DNA of 60,241 bases, the filler included, from Stramenopiles sp. TOSAG23-3 (taxonomy: Eukaryota): NCBI GenBank assembly GCA_900128585.1. It is 6 parts of 6 records of this genome, joined end to end, with 100 filler letters (N's around TTAATTAATTAA, not from the genome) between each part and the next. Parts side by side here need not be neighbours in the genome. Positions count along the whole stretch, not along the records: positions 18,189 to 36,195 come from LT642435.1; 5 more parts are not named here. One strand, given 5' to 3'. Positions within the stretch are counted from its first letter, which is position 1; every line of letters begins with the position of its first letter. Below are positions 23,464-34,100 of the stretch, in pieces. Position numbers and translations under genes: made by a program. The notes beneath the pieces were generated by a model that searched no databases, had not been told where the DNA came from, and was given only the letters and a program-made list of their open reading frames with translations.

Positions 23464-23695
23464 GTTTTTCTTTGTACTTGTTAACTTGGTGTTGTAACTC
23501 TTTGTTTATATCTCGTAACGATTTGTTTGCCTCTTCTAATGCGTCGTTTACCTCTTGAAATGTGTCGTTAACTACGAGGGCCTTGTTAAGTGCTTTTTGT
23601 GTTGTGTCGTTAACTACGAGGGCCTTGTTAAGTGCTTTTTGTAACTGTCTGTTATGCCTCTGTAGAGTCTCAATAAAGGTTTCTTCTTCTTGCAT
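23450..23695 (-). CDS. Element-encoded short coiled-coil protein
   Basis: MQEEETFIETLQRHNRQLQKALNKALVVNDTTQKALNKALVVNDTF... with a 42-nt internal duplication. ATG at 23695 lies just inside the right TIR; the ORF track extends it into the TIR. Confidence 0.55.
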   Translation of the reverse strand: MQEEETFIETLQRHNRQLQKALNKALVVNDTTQKALNKALVVNDTFQEVNDALEEANKSLRDINKELQHQVNKYKEKHEEE

Positions 23696-23713
23696 CTTCG
23701 TCCTAAAAAAAAC

Positions 23714-24234
23714 TAAAGAGGTAGTTTTTCCTGGTTTGACGAAAGTTTTTGTGGTGTCAAATTTGAATAAGGGTTCTAATATTGTTACCATTTAAAAAAA
23801 GTTCTAAATTTATGAAATAAACTCGAGCGAAAGTTAGTTCATTCTTTTTTATTTTAAGACGGCTTGCCGTCTTAAAATAATAATTGTCCGTCCGTCTCAA
23901 TTTTTTAAAAAAAATTGTTGGGTTTGTGACCTGTTACCGTCTTGTTATTTTAACTACCGCTTCTTTGTGACCTAATTCATAACTCGAGCGAAAGTTGATT
24001 TTTTTTAAAATGAAATAAGACCATTCCCCGTGCTAATTCTATATATTTATTTTTGAGCTCAGAAGTGGTAGTTGAAAAAAAAAGAAATTTGGATTTGTTA
24101 AGGTTTTTTTAGGAAAGAGATTTTAAGGTTAAAATATTTTGTGATGGTATACCGTGCTAAAATGAAATATTTTTTTTAAATTTTTGGATTTGAGATTTTA
24201 CCAAAAATCCCCCCATTACTACTCCATTACTACT
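23714..24234 (-). repeat. Right terminal inverted repeat (~520 bp inferred)
   Basis: The inner 79 bp are confirmed by the left copy. The outer limit is inferred from 5'-AGTAGTAATGGAGTAGTAATGG on the minus strand. Contains a hairpin at 23849-23880 and 16-bp direct repeats at 23820 and 23981. Confidence 0.65.
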
Positions 24235-24556
24235 GATTAAATAAATTTGATCTTTAAAATAATTGTTTTAAAGAGTGATTTATTAATTTGAGGATGCAAT
24301 TTAAATGAAAAATGCTCGCTCCGCCGCCTACGGCCTCTTTTTCTTCCCTTCATATTTTTACTAACATAAAAAAAAATTTATTATTATTATTTTTTTTTTC
24401 ATTCACCCGGCTGGATTGTTTCCATGTCGTGTTGTTGTGACCAAATAAACATATACGCACAGCCCAAAGAGATAATTTTTCTCTCCTCCAGTCCAACGTA
24501 GGAAAATCCTATGGGCATTGCTTGACACCAACCTCTGCAAGTGTTAGTTCTTTGCC

Positions 24557-25099
24557 ATGGACGCTGGTGATTTTGACGATGGCACACTTCTGGAGTGGTG
24601 GGTGAGTTTGGGGGCGTCTTGCAAATGGCACAGCTGTTCACCGACGTGGCCTTGGGAGTGGAAGATTGTTGCACCTCAAGGGTTCGGGCGCTACCTTGCG
24701 CTGTCTTACCAGATTCCCGTGAACAGCGGCACTCATTTTGTAAATATAGAAATTCATATCGTGTTTCACCCAGTGTACCAAGTTCCTACTCTGTACTTTA
24801 ACATCTACCGGCCAAACGGAACTCGTGTGACACCGAATGAGGGCAAAGAGTTTCTGAGTTTTTTCCCGGAGAAAGACTTCGGCTCTTTCGTGACGCAGGC
24901 CGAGCATGTGTGCGCCCAGAAACCCTTTCTTTTTATACACCCGTGCCGAACGCACGAGTTTATGCAACAGTTCAAAACGAGCGGGGCGACGTCTGGGGCG
25001 CACCAGTACCTCTTGACTTGGTTCAACGTGTACGGAGCATTTTTGAAACTGGGCGTACCCCCAGCGTTTTTTCAGTCAGCGCTTCAAGGGCTGCAGTGA
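24557..25099 (+). CDS. ATG10: Autophagy E2-like conjugating enzyme ATG10
   Basis: HIVFHPVYQVPTLYFN, VTQAEH, catalytic FIHPCRT and YLLTWF..YG motifs. Confidence 0.88.
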   Translation: MDAGDFDDGTLLEWWVSLGASCKWHSCSPTWPWEWKIVAPQGFGRYLALSYQIPVNSGTHFVNIEIHIVFHPVYQVPTLYFNIYRPNGTRVTPNEGKEFLSFFPEKDFGSFVTQAEHVCAQKPFLFIHPCRTHEFMQQFKTSGATSGAHQYLLTWFNVYGAFLKLGVPPAFFQSALQGLQ

Positions 25100-25301
25100 G
25101 CAAAACCCACCTCTGTGGAATTGAAAAGCTTTTGGGGATTGCCCGGAGGGGTAATTTGAAGTGTTGCAATAGAAAGGGCAGAAACAATAATAAATGTAAA
25201 TATACTCTTACGTCTTTGCTACCAACACCAAACTCTAAACTTATTGATTGCGCACGCGTAGATTTTTCTGTGCTGGCGACTCTGCGGCCTCCCGGGCCTT
25301 C

Positions 25302-27569
25302 TTACTGTGCCTCGTGGATTGGGCGCCCAACGAGGAAGCTAAAGCTGTTCGCCGATTCGCCGTACGTGCGAGCTCCGTGCTGCGCCATGGACATCCTATA
25401 CGTCGGCATTCTAGCAGTGTCCGTGGGAAGTTTGTGCCTTATCTGCATTTCCTGCAAAATCTTGTCAGCCGCAAAGGATTTGGAAAATGCGGGACGAGTC
25501 AGGTTCGGGTAAAAGTTTAAATCACCGTCCCGGGGCAGCCATCTGCTTTTCCCGATGAACGGTTCCACATCCTCTTCCATGACTTCCTCCGGGGGAAGGC
25601 CGCGACCGTCACGTTTGATTTTATGGTCTTCGTCTTCCATGGCCCTCTCTGCGACAGACACTGGGGCTGGCATGGTGCCCATGTGTGGGTACCACCCAGA
25701 CTCCATTTCGCGCCCTTGGGCGTTGAGTATTCGAGGTTTCCCGGTCGCGGTCCAAGGCGTTTGGCGCCTCCCATTGGACGAGCCAAACGTTTCTGCCGTG
25801 CTGCCGCTGCAGGTACTGTCTCCGCGGGACGGCGCATTCAGGGACCCGAAGTATTTGCCGCGGTGCAAGTTTCTAAAGTCGTCGGCTGCATGCTGTTTCG
25901 CGACCATTTTGTCGAAATCATTTACGTCTTGCTCCAACAGAAGCGCCCGGTAATTTTTGTACAGCAAGGCCCGCCCGCGCCGCGACAACGGGCCGTTGGG
26001 GATTTTGCTCTTCGGCAAATCCCGGGGAGAGCCCTGCGGGGACGCCGTCGCCCCCGCGGTGGACCCGAACGAACCATGGTGCGCCGACATCTCGGCCCTG
26101 GACGACGAACTCGTCGGATCTCGAAAGCCAAGGTCGGTCACGATTCCCTGGTTGTCCATAACGATGGGCGCGAACCGCCCCCGTGGCGTCTTCATAACAG
26201 CAGGGGTAGACGAGCGAGGCCCTTGGCCAGCGCTGCTCAGCAGGCTCCCACGGCTGGCCATGCGCATCCCAGCGCTCGGGGTGGTGGCCATCCGCAGGCG
26301 GCCCATCGTGGTGGTCGGGGCGGACGCGGGCACCAAGTCGTTCGGATCGAAGACAGCGTTTATCATGTTTCCCGTCATGGACGCCGACCGCCGAACCCCC
26401 CCCCCGTTCAACCCCCCCCCGTTCCTCCCAAACCCGACGGGAACGGTCGCACCGCCCCCCGTGCTGACCCTTCGGCCTTTCCTTCTCGACTTGGCGGCTG
26501 CCGTGCTCAACCGTTCGCTACTGCCCATGGCGATGTCGTCCCCACCGAACTGCATGGTCTCCTCCCCTTCCTCAAAACCATTCAACGTTTGCCCGGAGAG
26601 CGACGCCGTGTACAGGGCCGCGGCGTCCGTCGGGGCACGGGATATCTGGTGCAGCGTGCGCTGCAAATACGCCGCCATTTGCCCACCGGAGACCAGATCG
26701 TAGTCTTGCAGGATTCGCATGATCCTGTCTGCGGCATCCGCCCGTTCTTCCAGAACTTTGGATATTCGACTCCGCCGGGCCCTCGCGTTGTTTCTATCTT
26801 TGCCTTCCCCAATAATCCTAATCTCGCGCGCAATCTCCGCCTTTTGCTCCGTCTCCAGCAAGTTCAGCAAATGCTCGAACCTGTCAATTTCTTGGGCCTG
26901 CGCGGTGGTCTGCTGCTTCACCCAGAGGCCTTCCATCTTCAGCGTGTTTGCGACCTGCTTGGTTTGGCCCACGGCCAACTCGTTCTTTTTCTTCCGTATT
27001 TCCACTTCCTTCTCGTTTGCAGCGTTCGCTATATAATTCCCGGACGTCCTGTCAAACGCATAGCGCTGCTTGTCCGCGCTGGCATAGTGGATCTGGCGCG
27101 CCACCAGCTCTTCCGCCAGCCTGTCCTCTTTTCGCAACCGTTTGTGGTTTTTCTCTACAAAGTAGTCCCGGGTCTCGTCGTACACCGTGTCCGGGTAGTA
27201 CTTTTTATCGATCCGTTTCGGGGGCAAAAATACTTTCGAGTACGAGCTCGGGCGATTGAGTTCGCGCTTTATGATTTCCGTCAATATTTTCAAAACTTTT
27301 CGAAGCGTAACTTTGTCGTCCAGCGCCGACGTGGACCCGTGCAACCCGCTCCCACCGCCTTCGCCGACCGAGGACAAAATAGACCCGGCCGTCGACAGCG
27401 CGCTCCGCCTCGAAGAGTGCGACGTTCCAAGGCCACCCCTGGACAGTTGCCGCGCACGGGCCTCTATACCCCTTGCCTTGTTCCTAGCGTCCTGCACGGC
27501 CCGTTCCTGGGCTTTCTCTACCCCCTCGGCACCCCAAAAGAATGCACCCGCCGAGGCCGACTTTCTCAT
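25302..27569 (-). CDS. Hypothetical protein, coiled-coil plus disordered G/S-rich regions
   Basis: Long GC-rich ORF (track 25302-27680). Likely ATG at 27569 (MRKSASAG). No recognised domain. Confidence 0.7.
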   Translation of the reverse strand: MRKSASAGAFFWGAEGVEKAQERAVQDARNKARGIEARARQLSRGGLGTSHSSRRSALSTAGSILSSVGEGGGSGLHGSTSALDDKVTLRKVLKILTEIIKRELNRPSSYSKVFLPPKRIDKKYYPDTVYDETRDYFVEKNHKRLRKEDRLAEELVARQIHYASADKQRYAFDRTSGNYIANAANEKEVEIRKKKNELAVGQTKQVANTLKMEGLWVKQQTTAQAQEIDRFEHLLNLLETEQKAEIAREIRIIGEGKDRNNARARRSRISKVLEERADAADRIMRILQDYDLVSGGQMAAYLQRTLHQISRAPTDAAALYTASLSGQTLNGFEEGEETMQFGGDDIAMGSSERLSTAAAKSRRKGRRVSTGGGATVPVGFGRNGGGLNGGGVRRSASMTGNMINAVFDPNDLVPASAPTTTMGRLRMATTPSAGMRMASRGSLLSSAGQGPRSSTPAVMKTPRGRFAPIVMDNQGIVTDLGFRDPTSSSSRAEMSAHHGSFGSTAGATASPQGSPRDLPKSKIPNGPLSRRGRALLYKNYRALLLEQDVNDFDKMVAKQHAADDFRNLHRGKYFGSLNAPSRGDSTCSGSTAETFGSSNGRRQTPWTATGKPRILNAQGREMESGWYPHMGTMPAPVSVAERAMEDEDHKIKRDGRGLPPEEVMEEDVEPFIGKSRWLPRDGDLNFYPNLTRPAFSKSFAADKILQEMQIRHKLPTDTARMPTYRMSMAQHGARTYGESANSFSFLVGRPIHEAQ

Positions 27570-28148
27570 CCTCGCACCTGCCTGCTGCACCCACACCGAA
27601 CCAAAAACTAGACCACTACCACCCACTAACTCACTCAACTCAAGAATACTTTCAAAACGCCTTGGAGAAGGGTCATGCAAAGTTTTTTCTTCTTCTTCTC
27701 GTCTTGACTTGCTACTTTCTTCAACACGTCTTCTTTCTACAATAGAATAGTAGATAAATGATTTTCTTAATTCGTTATTATTATTACTACTACTACGAGC
27801 GAGAGTATATTAAAAAAAAAGTTGTTCTAAAACTTTTTTATTTTAATATTGTTGAGTGATAATATTAAGGAATTAAACCAACATTATACAACCAACATTT
27901 AAACCAACATAATACAAATACAATTGTACACGCATTGAAAATAGTTAAACCATTATCCTTAACGTTTCGAAGTAGAATAACGGTTATGGAATGAAGAATG
28001 AATGGGATTGATGAAGAGAATTGTTGTCCACCAAAGAGTCGGGAACGGAGAGACAGTTTGCACGTTGTTCATTTACTTACGGATTATCCACCACCTTCAG
28101 TTTATATATGTAAGCAACCTGTTTCTTAAAGTTATATTTAATTTTTTT

Positions 28149-29759
28149 TTAGTTTGACCCTTTGCATCTCAAAATGCCGCAGGGCTGTTTCAAACAACCC
28201 CATTGATCTTTCTCTTCGTTGAGTTCACGCTCGCACCCTTCCTTGAGCTCGTTCAACGGCGGGCATTTGATGGTGGGGCACTTGGCTGCTGCTCCTGTAA
28301 TTGCAATCCCCGCCCTCCCCCCCGTACTACTCCGCCCGCCCGTCGCCCCGGTGGAAAACACGTTCCGGGCTTCGGCATCTTCTAATTGCTCAGCTTCCGG
28401 GCCACTGGCCCCACTATCTTCGTCTTCCTCGTCCTTTTTCGTTTTATTCTCGGCCGAGCGCGCCAAGGTCACCTCCTCGTCTTCCATCATGTTTTTAAAG
28501 CCCTCGGGCAACGGCTTCTGGTTCTTGCTGTACTTGGGGTCGCCTAGTCGACACAAGTGGTAGCTTTTGTGCGCGTCCGCGGCGGCCTTACTAATGACGC
28601 CGCAGTACTGCTCGGTGGACTTGAGCTTGTCCAAATGCGGCTGCACCGCTTTCTTCATCTTCCCCAACTGCGTGTTCTCCGCTTTCCTCAACGCTTCCAC
28701 CGAGGCGTCCTTGGTGACCTTGGCGTCCCGGGTGGCGTTTTGCGCCGCATGGCAACCCTTTCTAGCGTGGCGCAAGGCGCGCAGTATGCCTGGCCCCGCA
28801 ACCTCGGCATGTTCGGCTTGCATTTCAAACTTGCCCCACTTCTCGTCGGCCTGGCTCTTCGCTTTCAACGCACGGTGGACGTCTTTCTCCAACCCCTCGA
28901 TGTCCATCCCTTTACTAATGTACCACTTTTCCCCAGACGACAAGGCTCCCATTTGGGCGTTCGTCAGGTGCTCCTTCGCGGCCGACAAGGTCTTTGTCGC
29001 CTTGGCCGCGACCGTCTTTGCCTTGTCCGCGTACGCCTCTAGGGTCAGGATGGGGCCCGCCATGTGCTCCCAATGGGCCTTCTTCAGGCACGCGTCCTTC
29101 TCCGCTTCGACGGCCTCCTCGTACTCCTGCACGGCCACCGAGTGGTTCTTGACCTTCTCGTCGGAGACGCCCAGCCCCCCCGTGAACCAGGCCTCGAACG
29201 GCGAGAGTTTCGTGGTTTTCCTTATCTTGGCCTCGATGTTCTCCGCCGCTTTGTCGCACAAGCTTTCCTTCTCCATGGCCTCCTTCCACGCAAAATAGTC
29301 CGACGCGCACCTGTGCTTGGAGAGGCACTGCCAGCGGTGGTACCCCTCCGGGATGTGCTCCACGTCCTCCGGTAGGTACGGCTTTGACACCATCCCGTGC
29401 TTCTCGTCGAAGCACTCGTAATCACCCGCGGTGACCATGACGACGCCGGCGTGGTCCGCCGAGAGGTTCGGGGTCATCCGCTCCCGAAGGCAGGAAGTCG
29501 TCGGGCAGACCAGGAACATTTCTGGCATAGGCTTGTGGCGCTTCATTCGCTGCTGTTCGTGGCCGTTTCCAAAGTCCTGGCGCATCCCCGTTATGCTGTG
29601 GGGGGCGGGCATGCCTAGCAACGGGGCCAGGGGCTTACCCAGGTCCGTCGCGTTGCCGTCGCCGCGGCGGGAGGCGCGTAGCCGGGAGGCACGCGCACTA
29701 ACAAAAACTATGGCTAACAAGATAGCCGCAAACGTGGCGGCAGCGCTCTGGAGTTTCAT
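28149..29759 (-). CDS. Secreted hypothetical protein (signal peptide, helical repeats, Cys-rich C-terminal module)
   Basis: MKLQSAAATFAAILLAIVFVSARA signal peptide, A/K/E coiled coil, and C-terminal CPTIKCPP...GC...D.WGC....CGILRC. Confidence 0.75.
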   Translation of the reverse strand: MKLQSAAATFAAILLAIVFVSARASRLRASRRGDGNATDLGKPLAPLLGMPAPHSITGMRQDFGNGHEQQRMKRHKPMPEMFLVCPTTSCLRERMTPNLSADHAGVVMVTAGDYECFDEKHGMVSKPYLPEDVEHIPEGYHRWQCLSKHRCASDYFAWKEAMEKESLCDKAAENIEAKIRKTTKLSPFEAWFTGGLGVSDEKVKNHSVAVQEYEEAVEAEKDACLKKAHWEHMAGPILTLEAYADKAKTVAAKATKTLSAAKEHLTNAQMGALSSGEKWYISKGMDIEGLEKDVHRALKAKSQADEKWGKFEMQAEHAEVAGPGILRALRHARKGCHAAQNATRDAKVTKDASVEALRKAENTQLGKMKKAVQPHLDKLKSTEQYCGVISKAAADAHKSYHLCRLGDPKYSKNQKPLPEGFKNMMEDEEVTLARSAENKTKKDEEDEDSGASGPEAEQLEDAEARNVFSTGATGGRSSTGGRAGIAITGAAAKCPTIKCPPLNELKEGCERELNEEKDQWGCLKQPCGILRCKGSN

Positions 29760-31176
29760 CGTGTAGAAGGACGGTGTACTACCAGCGAGTGTGTGTGTGG
29801 TGTCCCAACAAGATGTCCGTCAAAACAACAAACAAGACACGTACACGCAAAACAAACGAACGTATACAAAACAATCGAACGCGCGCAGGAGCAAACAGAG
29901 ACAGGCAAACGTTTCCCTACTACGGCCAATCATCCCCTCGTTCCTTCCCTTTTTCATGTGCATTGCACTCCGTACCGTTCCCTTCCCGTATTTTTCTTCT
30001 TCGTTTCTTTCCCTTTTCCAATTTACTTACATAAAACTACCAAAGGAAAACAAAAATAAAAGGAAGGTGTAACTATAAGTCTACTATGTATTATACTTAT
30101 TACAATATATTTTCTTCCTATCAAATCACCTACCCCCTCTTTTCACCAGAAGAGAAGTCTTTGAAAGAAGAAATGCTTCCTTCTTTTTTGATAGGTATTA
30201 ACATAAAGAAGTATACGAATTATACGTAGTAATTATAGAAATGCTTCCTTCTGTACGTGACGATGATAATAAAAGAGACTGTATCGAATGGTTGGTATGA
30301 TCGTTTTTTTTTTTTTTTTTTTTTTTTTTTTCCTTTTTTTTTTTTTTTAAAATTTTAATAAAAAAAAAAAAAAAAAGAAGAGATGAGGAGAGGAGAGGAG
30401 AGGAGAGGAGAAGAAAAAACAATTGAAGATTATATGAAATAACTATCAACAAACGTCGCTCACGCGTCAAACCTGAGAGCTACGTGTAGTCATCCATGGT
30501 TGAAAATTTGTATCTTACTTTAGGAAAAGCAAGAAGAAGATTATACTACAGAACTGATCCTGTTGAGTACTGTTATAAAGGAAGGAAGGAAGTTGTTAGT
30601 ATTTTTGTAATTGGAATTAAGGATATTTTTTTAATTAAGGAAAAGCAAAAGGATTCAAATGACCCTCTACGCTTGAACGTTAATTAAGAAAGTAAGGTAC
30701 TTACTAGTCAGGGCAGAAATGGTATTATTTAACTATATATACTAATATAAATTATTCAAAATTCAAAATTCAAAGTTCAAAGAAGATAGAAGAAGAAAGA
30801 AGAAAGAGAAGAAGAAGAAAAAAAAAAAAGATAATATATTACTGTATATTATTATTATTCTTTTTTGTTTCAATCACAAAATCCTCCCTCTCTTCTTCCC
30901 TTCCTTCCTATTTGAATTCCAAATGTGGAAAGTAGCTCAGATGTGTAAATGCATCAAAGACGTTAAGTTGTATGAAATGAAATGAAATGAAACTGAGGTG
31001 ATTATTAGATGATTCCCATCCTGTTTTTTGTTGGGTCTCTTTCGTTCAGTTGTCTAACTCACTACACACAAAACAACAATATTTGAACACTCTGTATCTG
31101 TCTATTGCGAGGTTTGTGTGTGTATTTGGGACCGAGGGATTGAGTAAGGTAGGCAGGTAGGTAGGCAGGCAGTTGG

Positions 31177-34100
31177 TTGCTTTGCTTTTCGTGTTTTCTG
31201 GTGTGTTTCGGCAGTCTTTGTCTTTGTTTACGTCTCCGTATGTCTACGTCAGTTTCAACGCTTCTCGAGCGGGCCGTGTACACGAACGAGGCGGATGTCA
31301 TCGTGGAGTCCTTTGCGTGCCTGCGGGGGTTCCCTGGGGACATGTACACGACGCCCGAGAGGCTAGTCGCGCAGGAAACGACGGGGTACGTGGACGCGCA
31401 CAGCCCGTCGGCGGCGGCCGACGATAGCGGCGAGCCAAAGTTTCAACCAAACCGGGACCTGCGGCTGTCGCACGTCTCCGCCGAGGCGCTCTTGGAGGCC
31501 ATGGCCTTTGTGTCCACCCTCGCGGCCGCCTTGGACAGGTTGCGCCAGTTCAGCAAGAACTACTCCCAAGGTGACGTTTCCAGGGGAATCGTCTGGCAAA
31601 CGTTCGCGTACGCCATCGGACTGTACATATTTGACATAGAGGGACGGCTGATCGGCCTGGAGCGGGAATTCCACGCCTCGGCAAGCGAATCCAACGGGTC
31701 CCAGCCGACGCTGCTGAAGCTCCGGGGGTGCCTGCAGCCCGTTCGGGACAGCGTGGCCTTCGTCGAGAACATCGTCGAGACCGTCGTTGCCGAGGTGAAG
31801 CACGACCGCATCGACGCAACGCTGCACGCTTCCAAGACGCTGTCGGTGCTGTACGGCTTTCTGGGCGAGGCTACCCTGCTCTTCAACGGGGACGACGGGC
31901 TGAAGGGCAAGTACGAGACGCTGTACCCGCTCTGCAGGAAACACGACGGGGGGGCGTCCCAAGAACCTTGCTTTCGGCCCGTCGACGTGCTGGCCGACCT
32001 GAACGTTGCCCTCTCCATCTTTGCGACCACCCTGAACCCGTACATACACTTGCTCCAGTCGTGGCTGCACTCTGGGCTGCTCGTCGATGTCCATGGCGAC
32101 TTCTTCGTCACGCCCGGCCGAGCCGAAGGCACCGACGGTGCCCACGGCCGCCGTCGGCGCAGGGGCAAGGTTGTCCGTGGGGCGTTCAGCCCGCTGCCCA
32201 AGGCGCACCAGTTCCAGGACGGTCCGGGGGGGGAACCCGCACGTTGCGGCGCGGCGGGCCCGAACGCGCCCGCGATCGATGAAGCGTTTTGGGACGAAGG
32301 GTACATTTTTGAAGAAGCCTTTGTACCGTCCTTTTTGAAGCCGATCGCGCGGGAGATTTACCTGGCCGGGAAGTCCATCGCAGTCATGCGGACCATGTCG
32401 ACCACGACGTTCGCCACGGCCGCGCAGAATACCGTCGCGTCGTCAAAGCTTAACATTTCCCTGCACGCCACCGCCACGAACGGCGCGCGCGCTGCGCCCG
32501 GCGGCGACGAACGGTCCAACATATTCGAGGTTTTTGCCGCACACATGTCGAAGTTTTTGCCAGACGAGCACCAGTTCGCACGCCACCGCCACGTTGCCTC
32601 CCTGTCGACCACGGGGCACCCGGGGTCAGAGGGGTTCCGGAAACGGCGCGTTGAAGTGAACGAGATGTTCTTTAACGATGAGGGCCCGCGGTTCCAACAC
32701 TTCCAAGTCGACGACATGCGGAACAACGGGTGGCTGACGGCCGCAGAGGAGAACATGTATGGCCGGGGGGGCAACCTGTTGAACGACGATACCGGGTCGT
32801 TCCTTGGACGAACCGTTGATTTTTACATGCGCGACGGGGAGCTGCAGGGACGGATCCCTGCCCACCCGGTGCGCGCTGCACGAGGGCGCGAGGACGGGCC
32901 CGCACCGACCGACAAAAGTCCGGACCCGGGCGGAGAGCAGGGCCCGGCCCTATTCGAAAGCGTCCACAGCGTGCTGATCGGTGGCCCGTTCATTTCCGAG
33001 CTGAGCGTAAACCACCTGTGGACGGGCGCCGCGACGCGAACGTCGGAGGACATGCTTGGAAGCTTCAACGCCACCGAAGTACTGAAGGTCTCCCTGACCC
33101 GCCCGGTCCGCCGGTTGTGCTTCCAGGAAAACTTTGCCTTTGTCAAGATGTTCCGCGAAGAGCTGAGCTTGATCCCAGTCCTGGACTCCCTGCGCGTATG
33201 CTACTTTTTCTCGGACGTGCAAGTCATGGAGCCGTTTCTGTTGAAACTCTTCGGCCAAGTGGACACCGCAGTCACCGACTGGGTGCGCACGTTGACGATC
33301 AATTTCCGAGACAACCTGGAGGCCCACGGGGCCGCCAAACTAAGCTTTGATCCGGACCACTGGGACGCTACCATTTTTTCCGAGGGCGGCGACGGGCCAG
33401 AGAATGGAGATCAGCGTGCCCACGACAGCTACGACGGCATTGGCGCGCTCGACAACCTCAAGCTGACCTACCACGCGCCGTGGCCGTTGAACATCGTCAT
33501 CGGGCGGGAGTCGCTGCAGTTCTACAACGACATCATGCGGACCTTGATCCAAGTGAAGCGCGTGAAGTACCAGCTCGACAATTTGCACCATGAACTTCGC
33601 CATGAGATCATAACGTTGGAGAAAGAAGCTGCGGGAGAGGTGTACTTTCTTCCCCGGGACGCGGAATTTAGGAGCCACGCGCACTCAAACATGCTGTTCA
33701 TCGGAAGGCTGATGCATTTCATCAACAACCTTCACAATTATTTAATGGAACGGTGCGTGTACGGCGAGTGGGACGACATGACGCAGGCGATGATGGAGGC
33801 CGCGAGCGTCGACGACTTGCGGGAGGTGCACCTGAGCTACCTCCGCCGTTTGCACGAGCAGTGCTTGCTGAACCCGAAGGCAAAGGTCGTCGCCATTCAA
33901 ATCCGAAAAATATTGAACATCTCGTTGCAATGCGTGGGGGCCATCAAGCGCTGGATCCGTCTGGGGAGCCAGCGCGTGGAGTGGGAAGGGGACCAGGTGC
34001 GCCGGCAAGAGCACGTGCCCTATTCTGCGATGCCCATCGAGGAAAACCGTGGGTTGACGCAGTCCCTCATACACCTAGATGATCTGCAGCTAAGGTTCAA

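Larger units (their letters stand above)
18189..24234. mobile_element. Compact Polinton/Polinton-like-virus-derived element with TIRs and rve integrase (left end cut by the contig edge)
   Basis: Perfect 79-bp inverted match 18189-18267 / 23714-23792. Polinton-type integrase and penton-like ORF. AT-rich, densely packed intronless ORFs. Candidate right terminus ...CCATTACTACTCCATTACTACT at 24234. Confidence 0.85.

Noticed and set aside
23696-23791. N-terminal extensions of ORFs into the TIR (MVTILEPLF..., MTPQKLSS...)
   Set aside because: The same DNA is read in different frames on the two arms, and the ATG frame closes quickly on the left. More likely non-coding TIR/promoter sequence.
18189-24234. 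Transpoviron, LTR retrotransposon or Ginger identity
   Set aside because: The size is transpoviron-like but there is no SF1 helicase. The repeats are inverted rather than direct, and there is no RT or gag. The integrase motifs and penton remnant point to Polinton/PLV ancestry.
25623-27611. Long antisense or alternative-frame ORFs here and over other GC-rich genes (e.g. 31363-32208, 52352-53311)
   Set aside because: Shadow ORFs expected from high-GC codon usage; no motifs.
30300-30420. Poly-T/poly-A inverted tract and GA-rich microsatellites
   Set aside because: Low-complexity intergenic sequence typical of the whole window.
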